Source: an uncultured Gemmatimonadaceae bacterium | GTDB lineage: Bacteria > Gemmatimonadota > Gemmatimonadetes > Gemmatimonadales > Gemmatimonadaceae | Direction: 5' to 3' | Length of the DNA: 64,000 nt | NCBI GenBank assembly: GCA_963740355.1 | Contig: CAVUDW010000003.1 | Span: 2,016,001 to 2,080,000 of the forward strand | Shown: positions 31,933 to 41,636 of the stretch, piece after piece | How the letters are laid out: each line of letters starts with the position of its first letter | Position numbering within the stretch: position 1 is the stretch's first letter | Position numbers and translations under genes: made by a program | Notes under the pieces: generated by a model | What the model saw: the letters and a program-made list of their open reading frames with translations, nothing else | Told to the model about the DNA's origin: nothing | The model's database searches: none

Positions 31933-34900
31933 ATGACATTGCCGCCCCCATTCGCCCACTCGATTGCCATCGTCATCGGCATCGATCGCTACGCGAACGG
32001 AATTCCGGAGCTGCGCACCGCAGCCAACGACGCGCAACGGCTGGCCACCTTGCTGGCCGAGCAACACAGCTACGATGTCACCACGCTGATCGACGCCGAT
32101 GCCTCACGGGCACGCCTGACGGAATTGCTGACGAAGGAGCTGCCCGCGCGCGTCGGTGTCGACGACCGCGTGCTCTTCTACTTCGCCGGCCATGGTGTGG
32201 CGCGCGACAGTGACGAAGGCCCGAACGGCTACCTGCTTCCAGCGGACGCGCGACGCGGTGACGAGTCCACGTACCTCAACATGCCGCTGGTGCACGACGC
32301 GCTGCTTGGACTCAGCTGCCGCCACATGCTGGTCGTGCTCGACTCCTGCTTTTCCGGCGCATTCCGGTGGTCGGGCACACGCGACGCCGAGGAAGTGGTG
32401 GAGGTGGTGCATCAGGAGAAGTATGACCGGTTCGTGAAGGACCCCGCCTGGCAGGTGATCACCTCCGCCTCGCAAGACCAAAAGGCCATCGACCAACTCT
32501 CGGCAGGCGCACTCGGGAGCCGTGATGGCGATGGCGCACATTCCCCATTCGCGCTCGCCCTGTTCGATGGATTGAGCGGCAAGGGCGATGTCATTCCGCG
32601 CGAGGGTGGCGACGGGTTGGTGACGGCCACCGAGCTCTATCTCTATCTCGACGAGACACTGCAGAGCGCGGCACTGGCCGCAGGCAAGACGCAGACGCCA
32701 CGACTGTGGCCGCTGAAGAAGCACGACAAGGGCGAGTTCGTCTTCTTCGTTCCAGGCCGCGATCTCTCGCTGCCCCCGGCGCCACCGCTCACCTTCGACA
32801 ACAATCCGTGGCGCGGCCTCGCATCGCACGACGCCACCAATGCGACGCTGTTCTTTGGGCGTGATGCAGAAACGGAAGCGCTGCGAAAGAAGGTCGAAGC
32901 CAATCCACTGACCGTGGTGCTGGGTGCATCCGGCACAGGAAAGTCTTCGCTGGTGAAGGCCGGCGTCGTCCCTCGCCTCACGGCCGGCGGCTGGCTGGTG
33001 TTGCCGATTGTGCGCCCGGGGTCAACACCGCTGATCGCGCTTGCACAGGCACTGTCGGTTGACGGTCAGGGCTCGGCCGGCGCCGCCACTCCGGAGAGCG
33101 TCACTGCCGTGATGCAGCGACTCCTCGATGCACAGGGCGACAAGAAAGTCGTGCTGGTGATCGATCAGTTCGAGGAACTGATCACCCTCGTGCCCTCCGG
33201 CGCCGAGCGCGATCGCACGCTGGCGCTGCTCGCCAGTCTCGCCGATGCGCACGCCGATCGCTTGCGCATCGTCGTCACGATCCGCACCGACTTCGAGCCC
33301 AATTTCGACCGCTCCGCCTTCGGCGATCGGTGGCGAGAGGGCCGCTACAACGTGCCACCGATGTCGCGGCAGAATCTCCGCGACGTGATCGAGAAGCCGG
33401 CCGCCGCGCGAGTGTTGTACTTCGACCCATCCAGCCTCGTGGACACGCTGCTGGACGAGGTGGTGACGACGCCGGGCGCGTTGCCACTGCTCTCCTTTGC
33501 GTTGAGCGAGATGTACATCGCCTACGTAAAGCGCCAGAGCAGCGATCGTGCCATCACACGCGCCGACTACGATGGCCTTGGTGGAGTCGCTGGCGCACTT
33601 CGCTCGCGCGCCGAATCCGAGTACGCCGCGCTCGACGCGGCACATCGCGCCACGCTGCGTCGCGTCATGCTGCGCCTGGTGACCGGTGAAGGTGGTGGCC
33701 TCGCACGGCGGCGAGTGATGGATGCCGAACTCGATTTTGCCGACATGGACGAACATGCCCGCGCCGCCAACGTGGTGCAGCGCCTCACCGCCGCACGACT
33801 GCTCGTCGAAGGGAAGGAACCGGATGGCGAGGCATTCGTCGAACCGGCGCACGATGCACTGGTCCGTGGCTGGGGACGCCTGATGGAATGGGTGCGCGAA
33901 GAGAACGAAGCGAAATTCGCGCTCTCGCAGCAGCAACGGCTCACGCGATCGGCCACCGAATGGGAGCGAGCCGACGCCACCTCGAAATCCGGCCTGTTGT
34001 GGAGCGACTCGTCGCGCAGCGCCCAGCTGGCGCCGCTGGTTCGGAAGAAGGCCCCGTGGCTCAATCGTCGAGAGCTGGCTTTCGCGCAGCGCAGCATCCG
34101 GGGGCGGCGGATCACGATGGCAACCGTCGCCGGCGCGCTGCTCACCATCACCGCGGCCGGAATCGTCGCCATCGTGGGCGGCCTGCGAGCCAGTGCACGA
34201 GCCGAGCAGGTTCGCATCGGGGCAATCGTCCGCACGGCCACCTCGATGGTGACCGAGGATCCGATGATCGCCGGCCTGCTGCTCGGCAGCATCGACAGCG
34301 CCGCCGTCGAGAAGGCTGATGCCGCCACCCGTCTCGCGATGCTCGGCGCCGCACTCGAGCTGCGTCGCGGGCCTCGCGTCCTGGCCACCTTCAACGCCGA
34401 CGATGAAGTCGTCGCGGCGCGGATCAGCCCCGATGGCCGATCGGTGGCGACCGCCGTGATCGACAATGAAGTGCGGATCTGGCGCGCCGATGGCACCGGG
34501 TCACCGCTGGTGCTGCGGCAGCCGAACATGCCGGTGACGGCGATCGAGTTTTCGCCGAGCAGTGATCGTCTGGCCGTCGGCGATGCAAACGGCGCGATCC
34601 GCATCTGGCCACGAACCGGCCCCGGCGCTCCAGTCACGCTGCCGGGCGATGCGACGCCCGTCTTGCGGATGCAGTTCAGCCGAGACGGCAGACGCCTGCT
34701 GGTGACGTACGATGTCGGTGCGGCGAAGATCTGGACGACCGACGGCTCGGGCTCGCCAACCGAGATCCAGTCGAAGAAGATCAAGTACCTCGTCGCCGGC
34801 GTGTCGCCTGAGACCGGCAAGGACATGCTCACCCCAGCGTTCGTGGGCGTGGACGAGGCGCTGTTCGCCGATGGCGATCGACAGGTCGTGACGATCATGC

Positions 34901-36684
34901 GCGACAGCAGCGTGCAATTCTGGCCCAGCGTCGGTGTGGCCGAGCCGACGCGCACGGTACGACTGCCGCGACGCGAGGAACCGACGCGGATCGCGGTCAG
35001 CCCGGACGGCAAACGCGTCGCCGTCGGCGGTCGGAACGCGCAACTCTTCGTGCTCGATCTGGGCGTCAAGTCGCGCAGCCTGCGGCTCTCCGGCGCCACC
35101 GGCGACATCGCGGCGCTCGGCTGGAGCCCCGACGGCGCGATGTTGGTGAGTACTGCCACCGACACCGGCATGCTGGTGTGGAATACGACCTCGGGCGAAC
35201 GCATCCGCCGATTCCGGCACAACGGCGAGGCGATGCAATCGGCCGATTTCAGCCCGGACGGTCGCTCGATCATCACGACCTCGCCGTATTCGTTTCAGGC
35301 TACCATCTGGTCGCTCGACAGCGCGGTCGTCGCGCTCCCAGGCCAGACGAACGAGCTGGTGGCGGCAGACTTCGCCCCTGATTCGCGTCGCGTCCTCACG
35401 GCCGCGAAAGACGGCAGCGTGCGGCTCTGGTCGCTACCAGACCCACCCATCTACTCCGAACGCGGTGGCATCGAAAGCGAACATCCCGAAGGAGGCAACA
35501 TCGCGGCGGTGGCATTCTCGCCGGACGAAAGAACGATCGCGATGAGTACGCTGGACGGTCTTATGTATCAAAAGCGGCTTGATAGTGTCTCGATGAAGCG
35601 TATGATCGACTCTGCGCCAGGGACGCTGCGGACGCTGGCATTTTCGCCTGATGGACGCCGCCTGCGCGGTCTCCTGTACGACGGAACGCGGCGACTCTGG
35701 ACGCTCGGCACAATCCCGTCCCGTGCGGACGTCCCGACGAGCTCGACCGCATTTGCGATCACCACGGAGTTCGCCGCCGACGGTCGGCACGCACTCTCCA
35801 TCACCGATCAGGGCAGCGCGCTGGTGTGGGATGTCGACACGAAATCACCGCCGATGACGCTGCAGCTTCTCCCCGCCGATTCCATCTGCGCCGGTCAGGA
35901 CGGCGACGACGATTGCGCCGATCCGTTGGATAGCTGCGCCGCGCTGTCGCGCGATGGTCAGTTCGCGGCGGCATGCCTGCGCGCGGGTCCGGCCGCGATC
36001 TACCGCGTGCCGACGACGACGCCATTCCGCACGATCACGACACCCCGATCGAGCCGGTCCACAGCCGTGGCATTCAATTCCGACGCCAGCCGGATCGCGG
36101 TCGGCTACGGCAACGGCAGCATTCGGCTCTTCACGGTCGCCGGCGCAGATACCGGCCGCCTGATCGCAGGACATCGGCAGGCGGTAAAGCTGCTCGACTT
36201 CTCCCCCGATGGTCAGCGACTGCTCTCGGCCGCCAAGGACGGCACGGTCCGCGTCTGGGACACCGCGACGGGCACCTCGCTCGTCACCATCCGACCCAAA
36301 GGCCTGGTGATTCAGGTCGCGAAGTTCACGCGCGACGGGACACGCATCGTCACGCTCGGCGCCGGCGAAGTGGATGGTCGGCTGTGGAACGCTGATGGGT
36401 CGGGCGGCTTCGTCTCGATGCCGGCCGGGCGAGGCGAAGTCCGCGAGCTGTATCCCAGCGCCAGTGGCAGATGGCTGCTGGCCACCAGTGCCGAGCAGAC
36501 CGCCCAGCTCTATCCACTCGATCCGAATGATGCGATCGCCGCATTTCGAAATGCCCGCACCTGCATGACAGTGGCCGAACGCCAGCGGTACCTCACCGAG
36601 TCCGCGCCAGACGCGACAACCCGATATCGAGCGTGCGAGACAAGTCGACGTGGTACTGATACGACGACAACGCCTGCGCGATGA
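31933..36684 (+). CDS. Caspase (C14)-nSTAND1 NTPase-TM-WD40 protein (NLR-like)
   Basis: FYFAGHG / LDSCFSG dyad; NPWRGL, Walker A GASGTGKS, Walker B VIDQFEE, GALPLL, HDALVRGW; TM 34111-34185; many FSPDG..TA..DG.VR.W repeats. Confidence 0.92.
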   Translation: MTLPPPFAHSIAIVIGIDRYANGIPELRTAANDAQRLATLLAEQHSYDVTTLIDADASRARLTELLTKELPARVGVDDRVLFYFAGHGVARDSDEGPNGYLLPADARRGDESTYLNMPLVHDALLGLSCRHMLVVLDSCFSGAFRWSGTRDAEEVVEVVHQEKYDRFVKDPAWQVITSASQDQKAIDQLSAGALGSRDGDGAHSPFALALFDGLSGKGDVIPREGGDGLVTATELYLYLDETLQSAALAAGKTQTPRLWPLKKHDKGEFVFFVPGRDLSLPPAPPLTFDNNPWRGLASHDATNATLFFGRDAETEALRKKVEANPLTVVLGASGTGKSSLVKAGVVPRLTAGGWLVLPIVRPGSTPLIALAQALSVDGQGSAGAATPESVTAVMQRLLDAQGDKKVVLVIDQFEELITLVPSGAERDRTLALLASLADAHADRLRIVVTIRTDFEPNFDRSAFGDRWREGRYNVPPMSRQNLRDVIEKPAAARVLYFDPSSLVDTLLDEVVTTPGALPLLSFALSEMYIAYVKRQSSDRAITRADYDGLGGVAGALRSRAESEYAALDAAHRATLRRVMLRLVTGEGGGLARRRVMDAELDFADMDEHARAANVVQRLTAARLLVEGKEPDGEAFVEPAHDALVRGWGRLMEWVREENEAKFALSQQQRLTRSATEWERADATSKSGLLWSDSSRSAQLAPLVRKKAPWLNRRELAFAQRSIRGRRITMATVAGALLTITAAGIVAIVGGLRASARAEQVRIGAIVRTATSMVTEDPMIAGLLLGSIDSAAVEKADAATRLAMLGAALELRRGPRVLATFNADDEVVAARISPDGRSVATAVIDNEVRIWRADGTGSPLVLRQPNMPVTAIEFSPSSDRLAVGDANGAIRIWPRTGPGAPVTLPGDATPVLRMQFSRDGRRLLVTYDVGAAKIWTTDGSGSPTEIQSKKIKYLVAGVSPETGKDMLTPAFVGVDEALFADGDRQVVTIMRDSSVQFWPSVGVAEPTRTVRLPRREEPTRIAVSPDGKRVAVGGRNAQLFVLDLGVKSRSLRLSGATGDIAALGWSPDGAMLVSTATDTGMLVWNTTSGERIRRFRHNGEAMQSADFSPDGRSIITTSPYSFQATIWSLDSAVVALPGQTNELVAADFAPDSRRVLTAAKDGSVRLWSLPDPPIYSERGGIESEHPEGGNIAAVAFSPDERTIAMSTLDGLMYQKRLDSVSMKRMIDSAPGTLRTLAFSPDGRRLRGLLYDGTRRLWTLGTIPSRADVPTSSTAFAITTEFAADGRHALSITDQGSALVWDVDTKSPPMTLQLLPADSICAGQDGDDDCADPLDSCAALSRDGQFAAACLRAGPAAIYRVPTTTPFRTITTPRSSRSTAVAFNSDASRIAVGYGNGSIRLFTVAGADTGRLIAGHRQAVKLLDFSPDGQRLLSAAKDGTVRVWDTATGTSLVTIRPKGLVIQVAKFTRDGTRIVTLGAGEVDGRLWNADGSGGFVSMPAGRGEVRELYPSASGRWLLATSAEQTAQLYPLDPNDAIAAFRNARTCMTVAERQRYLTESAPDATTRYRACETSRRGTDTTTTPAR

Positions 36685-36747
36685 GCCGGTCGAAGCAAAT
36701 GCCTGCTGCTCTGGTTCGCGCTACATCCGCGCCGTATCCTTGAGCCT

Positions 36748-39669
36748 GTGACCACGCCCAACCTCCCTGGTGATCCGAAGCCGGTGAACGGGCCGCCTCT
36801 CTCCGGCGTGATCGCCAACCGCTACCGGATCGAACGGCAGATCGGCGAGGGCGGGATGGCGACGGTCTACCTCGCCCACGACCTCACACGCGGGGTATCG
36901 GTCGCACTGAAGGCGCCCAAGGCCGAGTTGGTGATGCAGCTCGGCGCGGCACGCTTTGCGCGCGAAATCCAGATCTCGACCAAGCTGCAGCACCCGCACA
37001 TCGTCCCCGTGCTGGACGCTGGTTTCGCCTCGGAGTCGGTGCCGTTCTACGTCATGCCGTTCATCGACGGCGAGACGCTCGAGCAGAAGCTGGAGCGAAC
37101 CGGCGCCCTCCCCATCGACGAAGCGATCACCATCGCCACCGAAGTGCTGGACGGGCTGATCTACGCGCACAAGCAAGGCTTCGTGCACCGCGACGTAAAG
37201 CCATCGAATGTTCTGATCGCAAACGGGCATGCGATGTTGGCTGACTTCGGCATCGCGCGCGCCGTCGAGACGACCGACAACCGCAAGCTGACCGAGTCGG
37301 GCTTTGCGCTCGGCACCGCCGAGTACATGAGTCCCGAGCAGGCGGCCGGCGATGCGCAGCTCGACGGTCGCAGCGATCAGTACAGCCTCGGTTGCGTGCT
37401 CTATGAAATGCTGGTCGGCGGACCACCGTTCAGCGCGCCGACGGCACGCGCCGTGATGGCTCGGCACTTCGTGGATCCCGTGCCGAGCATTCGCACGGTG
37501 CGCGACACCGTGCCGGAGAAGCTCGAGCAGGCGGTGATGACTGCCCTGTCGAAGATTCCGGTCGATCGATTCGCGGACGCCGCAGCCTTCAAGGCAGCGC
37601 TGAAGGACCCGACGCTGCGCGACGCGACGGCGGCGAGACCGACCACCGCGGCACTGGCAAGGCGCAAGCGAACACGCGTCGTGGGTGGCGTACTCGCGGC
37701 GGTAGCCGTGATCGCGGCACTCACTCTCTGGCGTATGGGTGGAAGTGCCAGTGCGGTGCTCGATCCGAATCGGGTCATGGTCTACCCGTTCGTGACGCCT
37801 GCCGGCTACAGCGGTGCACAAGCGGTGGGCGAAGACGTTGCCACCATCATCGGCAACGCACTCGATGCGGCCGAGCCATTGCGTTGGGTGGACGGGTGGT
37901 CGATGCTCGCCGCGAAGGATCGCGAGAATATCCGGCTGCTCGAAGCGGATGACGCGCGCCGGCTGGCACGTGAGAAACGCTGCGCCACGTTCATCACCGG
38001 GAGGCTCGTGCCGAGCGGTGATTCCGTGAAGGTGTACCTCACGCTGAATGATGTCAGCGGTGACTCGGTACTGGCGCAGGGCGAAGCCACCGGCAGCGCA
38101 AAGGACCCATGGCGCCAGGGCCTTCGCGCCATGAGCGGCATCCTGCCGAAGCTGATCCCGGGCGGCACCAGAGACGTTTCGGCGGACTGGAAGGATCGCA
38201 GCCCTGGTGCGGTCGCCAGCTTCCTCCTTGGCGAAGCAGCATTCCGTCGCGTGCAGATGACGGATGCGCTGACGCGCTTCCGCAAGGCAATCGAGCTCGA
38301 TTCGACCTTTGCGCTGGCGGCGTTGCGTGGCGCACAGGCGGCATCCTGGAATCACCGGAGCGCTGAAGCTGCGTCGATGGTGTCTGTTGCACTCACGCAG
38401 CCGTTACCACCACGCTATCACCAGCTTGCGGTCGGAATCGCGGCGTATCTCGCCGGGCACGCCGATTCTGCGATCGTTCACCTGCATGCAGCGACAGCGG
38501 CCGATCCGGATATGACCGTCGCCTGGATGCAGCTGGGTGAGGTGTACACACACCTGCTGCCGTTGGCTGGCAATACCGACTCACTGGCAGACCTCGCATT
38601 TTCGCGGGCACGGATGCTCGACACCAATGCGGCGAGCGCACTGCTGCATCCGATCGAGATACGCCTTCGTCGCGCCGACACGGTCGCGGCGCAGGCGCTT
38701 CTGGCACGCTTCCGCGCCGCAAACCCTGATGCGCCCCTTCTTGCGCCGCTCACGATCGCCGAGACCTGCGTGACCAAGGGCGCGACGGCGGTAGACTGGA
38801 ACGGCGAGGCCGCGCGGCAACCGCTCTACCTTCTCGCAGCATCGAAGACACTCGCCGGTGGTGGCGCGCAGCTCGAGTGCGCGGTCGCAGGCTTCCGCGC
38901 GATTCTGGCCATCGATACGGCGGCGACGGATGAAGCCGATGCCCGGCGATTCGCCGCCATGCTCGGCCTGCAGGCAATTCACCTCGCCCGTGGTCAGCCG
39001 GCGTTGGCATCTGCCACCATCGATGCATTCGTCGCCCGCTGGGGTGCAGGGTCATCGCTGTTCCTGCTCGATGGAGCATTCGAGCCCGCGCTGCTCGCTC
39101 GGGCTAGCGCGGTCGCCGCATCGGATGCCGCGACGTACGGTGTGAACTACACCAACTTGCCGTACGCGCGGCGACTCTGGGAGTTGGGGATACTCGAGAT
39201 GCGGACGGGCAGCGTGGACGTGGCCGCAGCGGCCGCCGCAGAACTTCGCCGCCGCGGTGCCGACCCCGACTCCAGCTATGCGCTCGCACGCGCAATGTCG
39301 CTCGAGGCGTTCGTCCAGCTCGCGCGCAGCACCACGAGAGCCGATTCAGCGAATGCCGAGCAGCGTTTCGTCGCGCTGCTCGAGCGCGGCCCGGACGGGG
39401 AGTCCTATCAGTGGGATGAGGCCGCACCGATGGCGGCAGAACGACTCACGCTGGCACGGTTGCTCCAGGCCCGAGGTGCGTACGAGCAGGCAATCGGTGT
39501 CGCCGAAGTGTTCGACTCGCGTTGGCCGCTGGTCTACGTGCAATTCCTGCCAGCCAGTCTCGAACTGCGGGCGGCGGCAGCGAAGTCGCTTGGCAATTCC
39601 GCGCGCGAGTCGCATTATCTAACTCGCCTCGCTGCACTGCGAAGTCAGGTGAAGGCTACCGGAGGCTGA
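36748..39669 (+). CDS. Membrane Ser/Thr kinase with TolB-N-like and TPR-like C-terminal region
   Basis: IGEGGMA, VALK, HRDVKPSN, DFG, MSPEQ; TM VVGGVLAAVAVIAALTLW; helical repeats such as FRKAIELDSTFALA. Confidence 0.92.
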   Translation: MTTPNLPGDPKPVNGPPLSGVIANRYRIERQIGEGGMATVYLAHDLTRGVSVALKAPKAELVMQLGAARFAREIQISTKLQHPHIVPVLDAGFASESVPFYVMPFIDGETLEQKLERTGALPIDEAITIATEVLDGLIYAHKQGFVHRDVKPSNVLIANGHAMLADFGIARAVETTDNRKLTESGFALGTAEYMSPEQAAGDAQLDGRSDQYSLGCVLYEMLVGGPPFSAPTARAVMARHFVDPVPSIRTVRDTVPEKLEQAVMTALSKIPVDRFADAAAFKAALKDPTLRDATAARPTTAALARRKRTRVVGGVLAAVAVIAALTLWRMGGSASAVLDPNRVMVYPFVTPAGYSGAQAVGEDVATIIGNALDAAEPLRWVDGWSMLAAKDRENIRLLEADDARRLAREKRCATFITGRLVPSGDSVKVYLTLNDVSGDSVLAQGEATGSAKDPWRQGLRAMSGILPKLIPGGTRDVSADWKDRSPGAVASFLLGEAAFRRVQMTDALTRFRKAIELDSTFALAALRGAQAASWNHRSAEAASMVSVALTQPLPPRYHQLAVGIAAYLAGHADSAIVHLHAATAADPDMTVAWMQLGEVYTHLLPLAGNTDSLADLAFSRARMLDTNAASALLHPIEIRLRRADTVAAQALLARFRAANPDAPLLAPLTIAETCVTKGATAVDWNGEAARQPLYLLAASKTLAGGGAQLECAVAGFRAILAIDTAATDEADARRFAAMLGLQAIHLARGQPALASATIDAFVARWGAGSSLFLLDGAFEPALLARASAVAASDAATYGVNYTNLPYARRLWELGILEMRTGSVDVAAAAAAELRRRGADPDSSYALARAMSLEAFVQLARSTTRADSANAEQRFVALLERGPDGESYQWDEAAPMAAERLTLARLLQARGAYEQAIGVAEVFDSRWPLVYVQFLPASLELRAAAAKSLGNSARESHYLTRLAALRSQVKATGG

Positions 39670-39697
39670 GCCTCCATTCCCGTCCGAGGGTAGTTCG

Positions 39698-40027
39698 ATG
39701 ACCAAAGGTCGCGAAGGTGATGTCGTTGCGCCGACATCGAGTAAGGGTCGTGATGGCGACATCGTGGCGCCGGTCTCAGGCAAGGGACGCGAGGGAGACA
39801 TCGTCGCGCCGGTCTCAGGCAAGGGTCGCGAGGGAGACATCGTCGCGCCGGTGTCAGGCAAGGGTCGCGAAGGAGACATTGTCGCACCGGTCTCGGGCAA
39901 GGGTCGCGAAGGGGACATCGTCGCGCCGGTCTCAGGCAAGGGACGCGAAGGCGACATCGTCGCACCGGTCTCGGGCAAGGGTCGCTCCGGTGGGGAACCG
40001 GTGAAGAAGGACCCGCGCGACCGATAG
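39698..40027 (+). CDS. Small tandem-repeat protein, 7 x 13 aa (KGREGDIVAPVSG); candidate multi-copy peptide precursor
   Basis: GAGGG RBS 7 nt before ATG; fills gap between co-oriented genes; differences among units 3-7 are all synonymous in this frame. Confidence 0.8.
   Translation: MTKGREGDVVAPTSSKGRDGDIVAPVSGKGREGDIVAPVSGKGREGDIVAPVSGKGREGDIVAPVSGKGREGDIVAPVSGKGREGDIVAPVSGKGRSGGEPVKKDPRDR
39704..39985 (+). repeat. 39-bp coding tandem repeat, about 7.2 units
   Basis: aagggNcgcgaRggNgacatYgtcgcNccggtNtcNggc repeated head to tail with no spacers. Confidence 0.95.
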
Positions 40028-40058
40028 GTCCCCCACGATTTCACAACACAGCACAACC

Positions 40059-41636
40059 ATGACGATGCCCGAGTCTTCTGTCGACGGCGTCCGCCGCGCC
40101 GTGGTCATTGGCGTCGACAACTACACCAAGAAGCCGCTCGACGGGTGCGTTGCCGACGCGACGATGATGGCCGAGGTACTGCAGCAGCGGTTCGCGTTCG
40201 ACAAGGCGAATATCTCGCTCCTGCTGAACGATGCCGCGCGCCGCGATGCCGTGCTTGCGGAGCTCGACCAGCTCGTCGATCTCACCACGGCGAACGATGT
40301 CGCGTTCATCTTTTACGCCGGCCATGGTTCACAGTCGGTGAATAGCGACAACACCGAATCGAGTGGCTACGACAGCACCTTCAACGTCTGCGACAATCCG
40401 CGCGAGGACATTCTCGACGACGAGATCGCGGCGCGCCTCGCTGCCCTCGGCGAGAAGTCGCCCTGGACGGTGATGATCGTTGACGCCTGCAATTCAGGCA
40501 CGCTCACCCGCAGCGCAGACGCCGGGCCGAAAGAACGCTGGACGCCGCCGGTCGACCGCACAGCCCTGCCGGCCGCTGCGCAGCAGGCGCTCACGACGCG
40601 AAGTCCCGTCGCTGCAACACCGGAGTCGTACGTTCTCCTGACGGCCTGCCGTGATGGCGAGATCGCGCAGGAGACGGTCATCCCCGGCGACCAGACCATC
40701 CACCACGGGGCGTTCACGTTTGCACTCGTTCACGAGTTGCAGCGCGCAATCGGTGGCGACACCTGGCGCGACGTATTCGATCGGGTGTCACGGGCGGTCA
40801 GCACAGTGCACAAGGAGCAGCACCCGCAGATCGATGGCAATCTCGATCGCGAAATCTTCGGCCTCCGGCAACTGCCACCGATGCCGTTCGTGGCCATCAC
40901 TGATCGCGCCAGTACCTCCGCCGTGCTCGCCGCCGGCTCGCTGCACGGTGTCAGCATCGGCAGCGTGTACACGATCTACGCCGATGGGACCAAGGATGTC
41001 ACCGGCGCAGCGTCGCTTGGCACGGTCGAAGTGACACTGGTGAAGGGCACCACGTCTCGTGCACGCGTCGTCTCTGAGACGGCACCTGGTGCGATCGTGA
41101 TCGGCTCACGCGCTGTACAATCACAACGCCGAACAGTCGACGATGCGCTTGCGCTCACCAATACCGATCCGAAGAGCCGCATGCAGGGTGCCGTCACCCT
41201 CGAGATCCTTCGTCGTGACGTCGACGGTGCGTGGGCCGTCGCCATGGACGACGTGTCGTTCGGCATGCCCGTCTTCGACTCCGGCGATCGCATCGCATTT
41301 CGCATGACGAACACACTCGATGAGCCAGTGTTCGTGAACCTCTTTGACTTCGACCCGACGGGTACGGTGTCAGTCAAGACGAAAGGCTGGGCGAATCAGC
41401 TGAAGGCAAAGGGGGTGTTCGAGATCGGTACGGACACCCGCAAGATCTCGATGCGCTGGGATGCGGATGACGCGGTGGAGTCGTTCAAGCTGTTTGCATC
41501 CGTCGCGCAGGTGGACCTCTCCTGGCTCCTGCAGCTCGACCAGCCGGGGCGCGGCACTGAGGAGGTGTCATCGCTTGCGGTCGACGACTGGTGCTCGCAC
41601 GTGAAGTCAATCCGCATCCGTCGGAAACTCGCATGA
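40059..41636 (+). CDS. Metacaspase-like C14 protease with C-terminal DUF4384-like domain
   Basis: RAVVIGVDNY..LDGCVADA, FYAGHGS, IVDACNSG, GAFT, QHPQ; C-terminal GDRIAFRMTN..FVNL..ESFKLFAS. Confidence 0.9.
   Translation: MTMPESSVDGVRRAVVIGVDNYTKKPLDGCVADATMMAEVLQQRFAFDKANISLLLNDAARRDAVLAELDQLVDLTTANDVAFIFYAGHGSQSVNSDNTESSGYDSTFNVCDNPREDILDDEIAARLAALGEKSPWTVMIVDACNSGTLTRSADAGPKERWTPPVDRTALPAAAQQALTTRSPVAATPESYVLLTACRDGEIAQETVIPGDQTIHHGAFTFALVHELQRAIGGDTWRDVFDRVSRAVSTVHKEQHPQIDGNLDREIFGLRQLPPMPFVAITDRASTSAVLAAGSLHGVSIGSVYTIYADGTKDVTGAASLGTVEVTLVKGTTSRARVVSETAPGAIVIGSRAVQSQRRTVDDALALTNTDPKSRMQGAVTLEILRRDVDGAWAVAMDDVSFGMPVFDSGDRIAFRMTNTLDEPVFVNLFDFDPTGTVSVKTKGWANQLKAKGVFEIGTDTRKISMRWDADDAVESFKLFASVAQVDLSWLLQLDQPGRGTEEVSSLAVDDWCSHVKSIRIRRKLA

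Noticed and set aside
33567..38355. Long - strand ORFs (569 aa, 544 aa)
   Set aside because: Shadows of the WD40 and kinase genes, typical of high-GC DNA
39704..39985. 39-bp repeat as a CRISPR array
   Set aside because: Head-to-tail units with no unique spacers, codon-patterned variation, no cas genes
39698..40027. Graspetide (microviridin/plesiocin-type) precursor
   Set aside because: No leader peptide, no Thr/Lys-then-acidic core pattern typical of these, and the nearby ATP-grasp is the circularly permuted type in a separate operon
39619..40056. Antisense ORF with repeated LPETG (sortase-like motif)
   Set aside because: This frame shares third codon positions with the + ORF, so its conservation is largely automatic; one change is non-synonymous here (LPDTG) but silent on +; it overlaps the kinase end, opposes the operon, and has no TM/basic tail. 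Not formally excluded.
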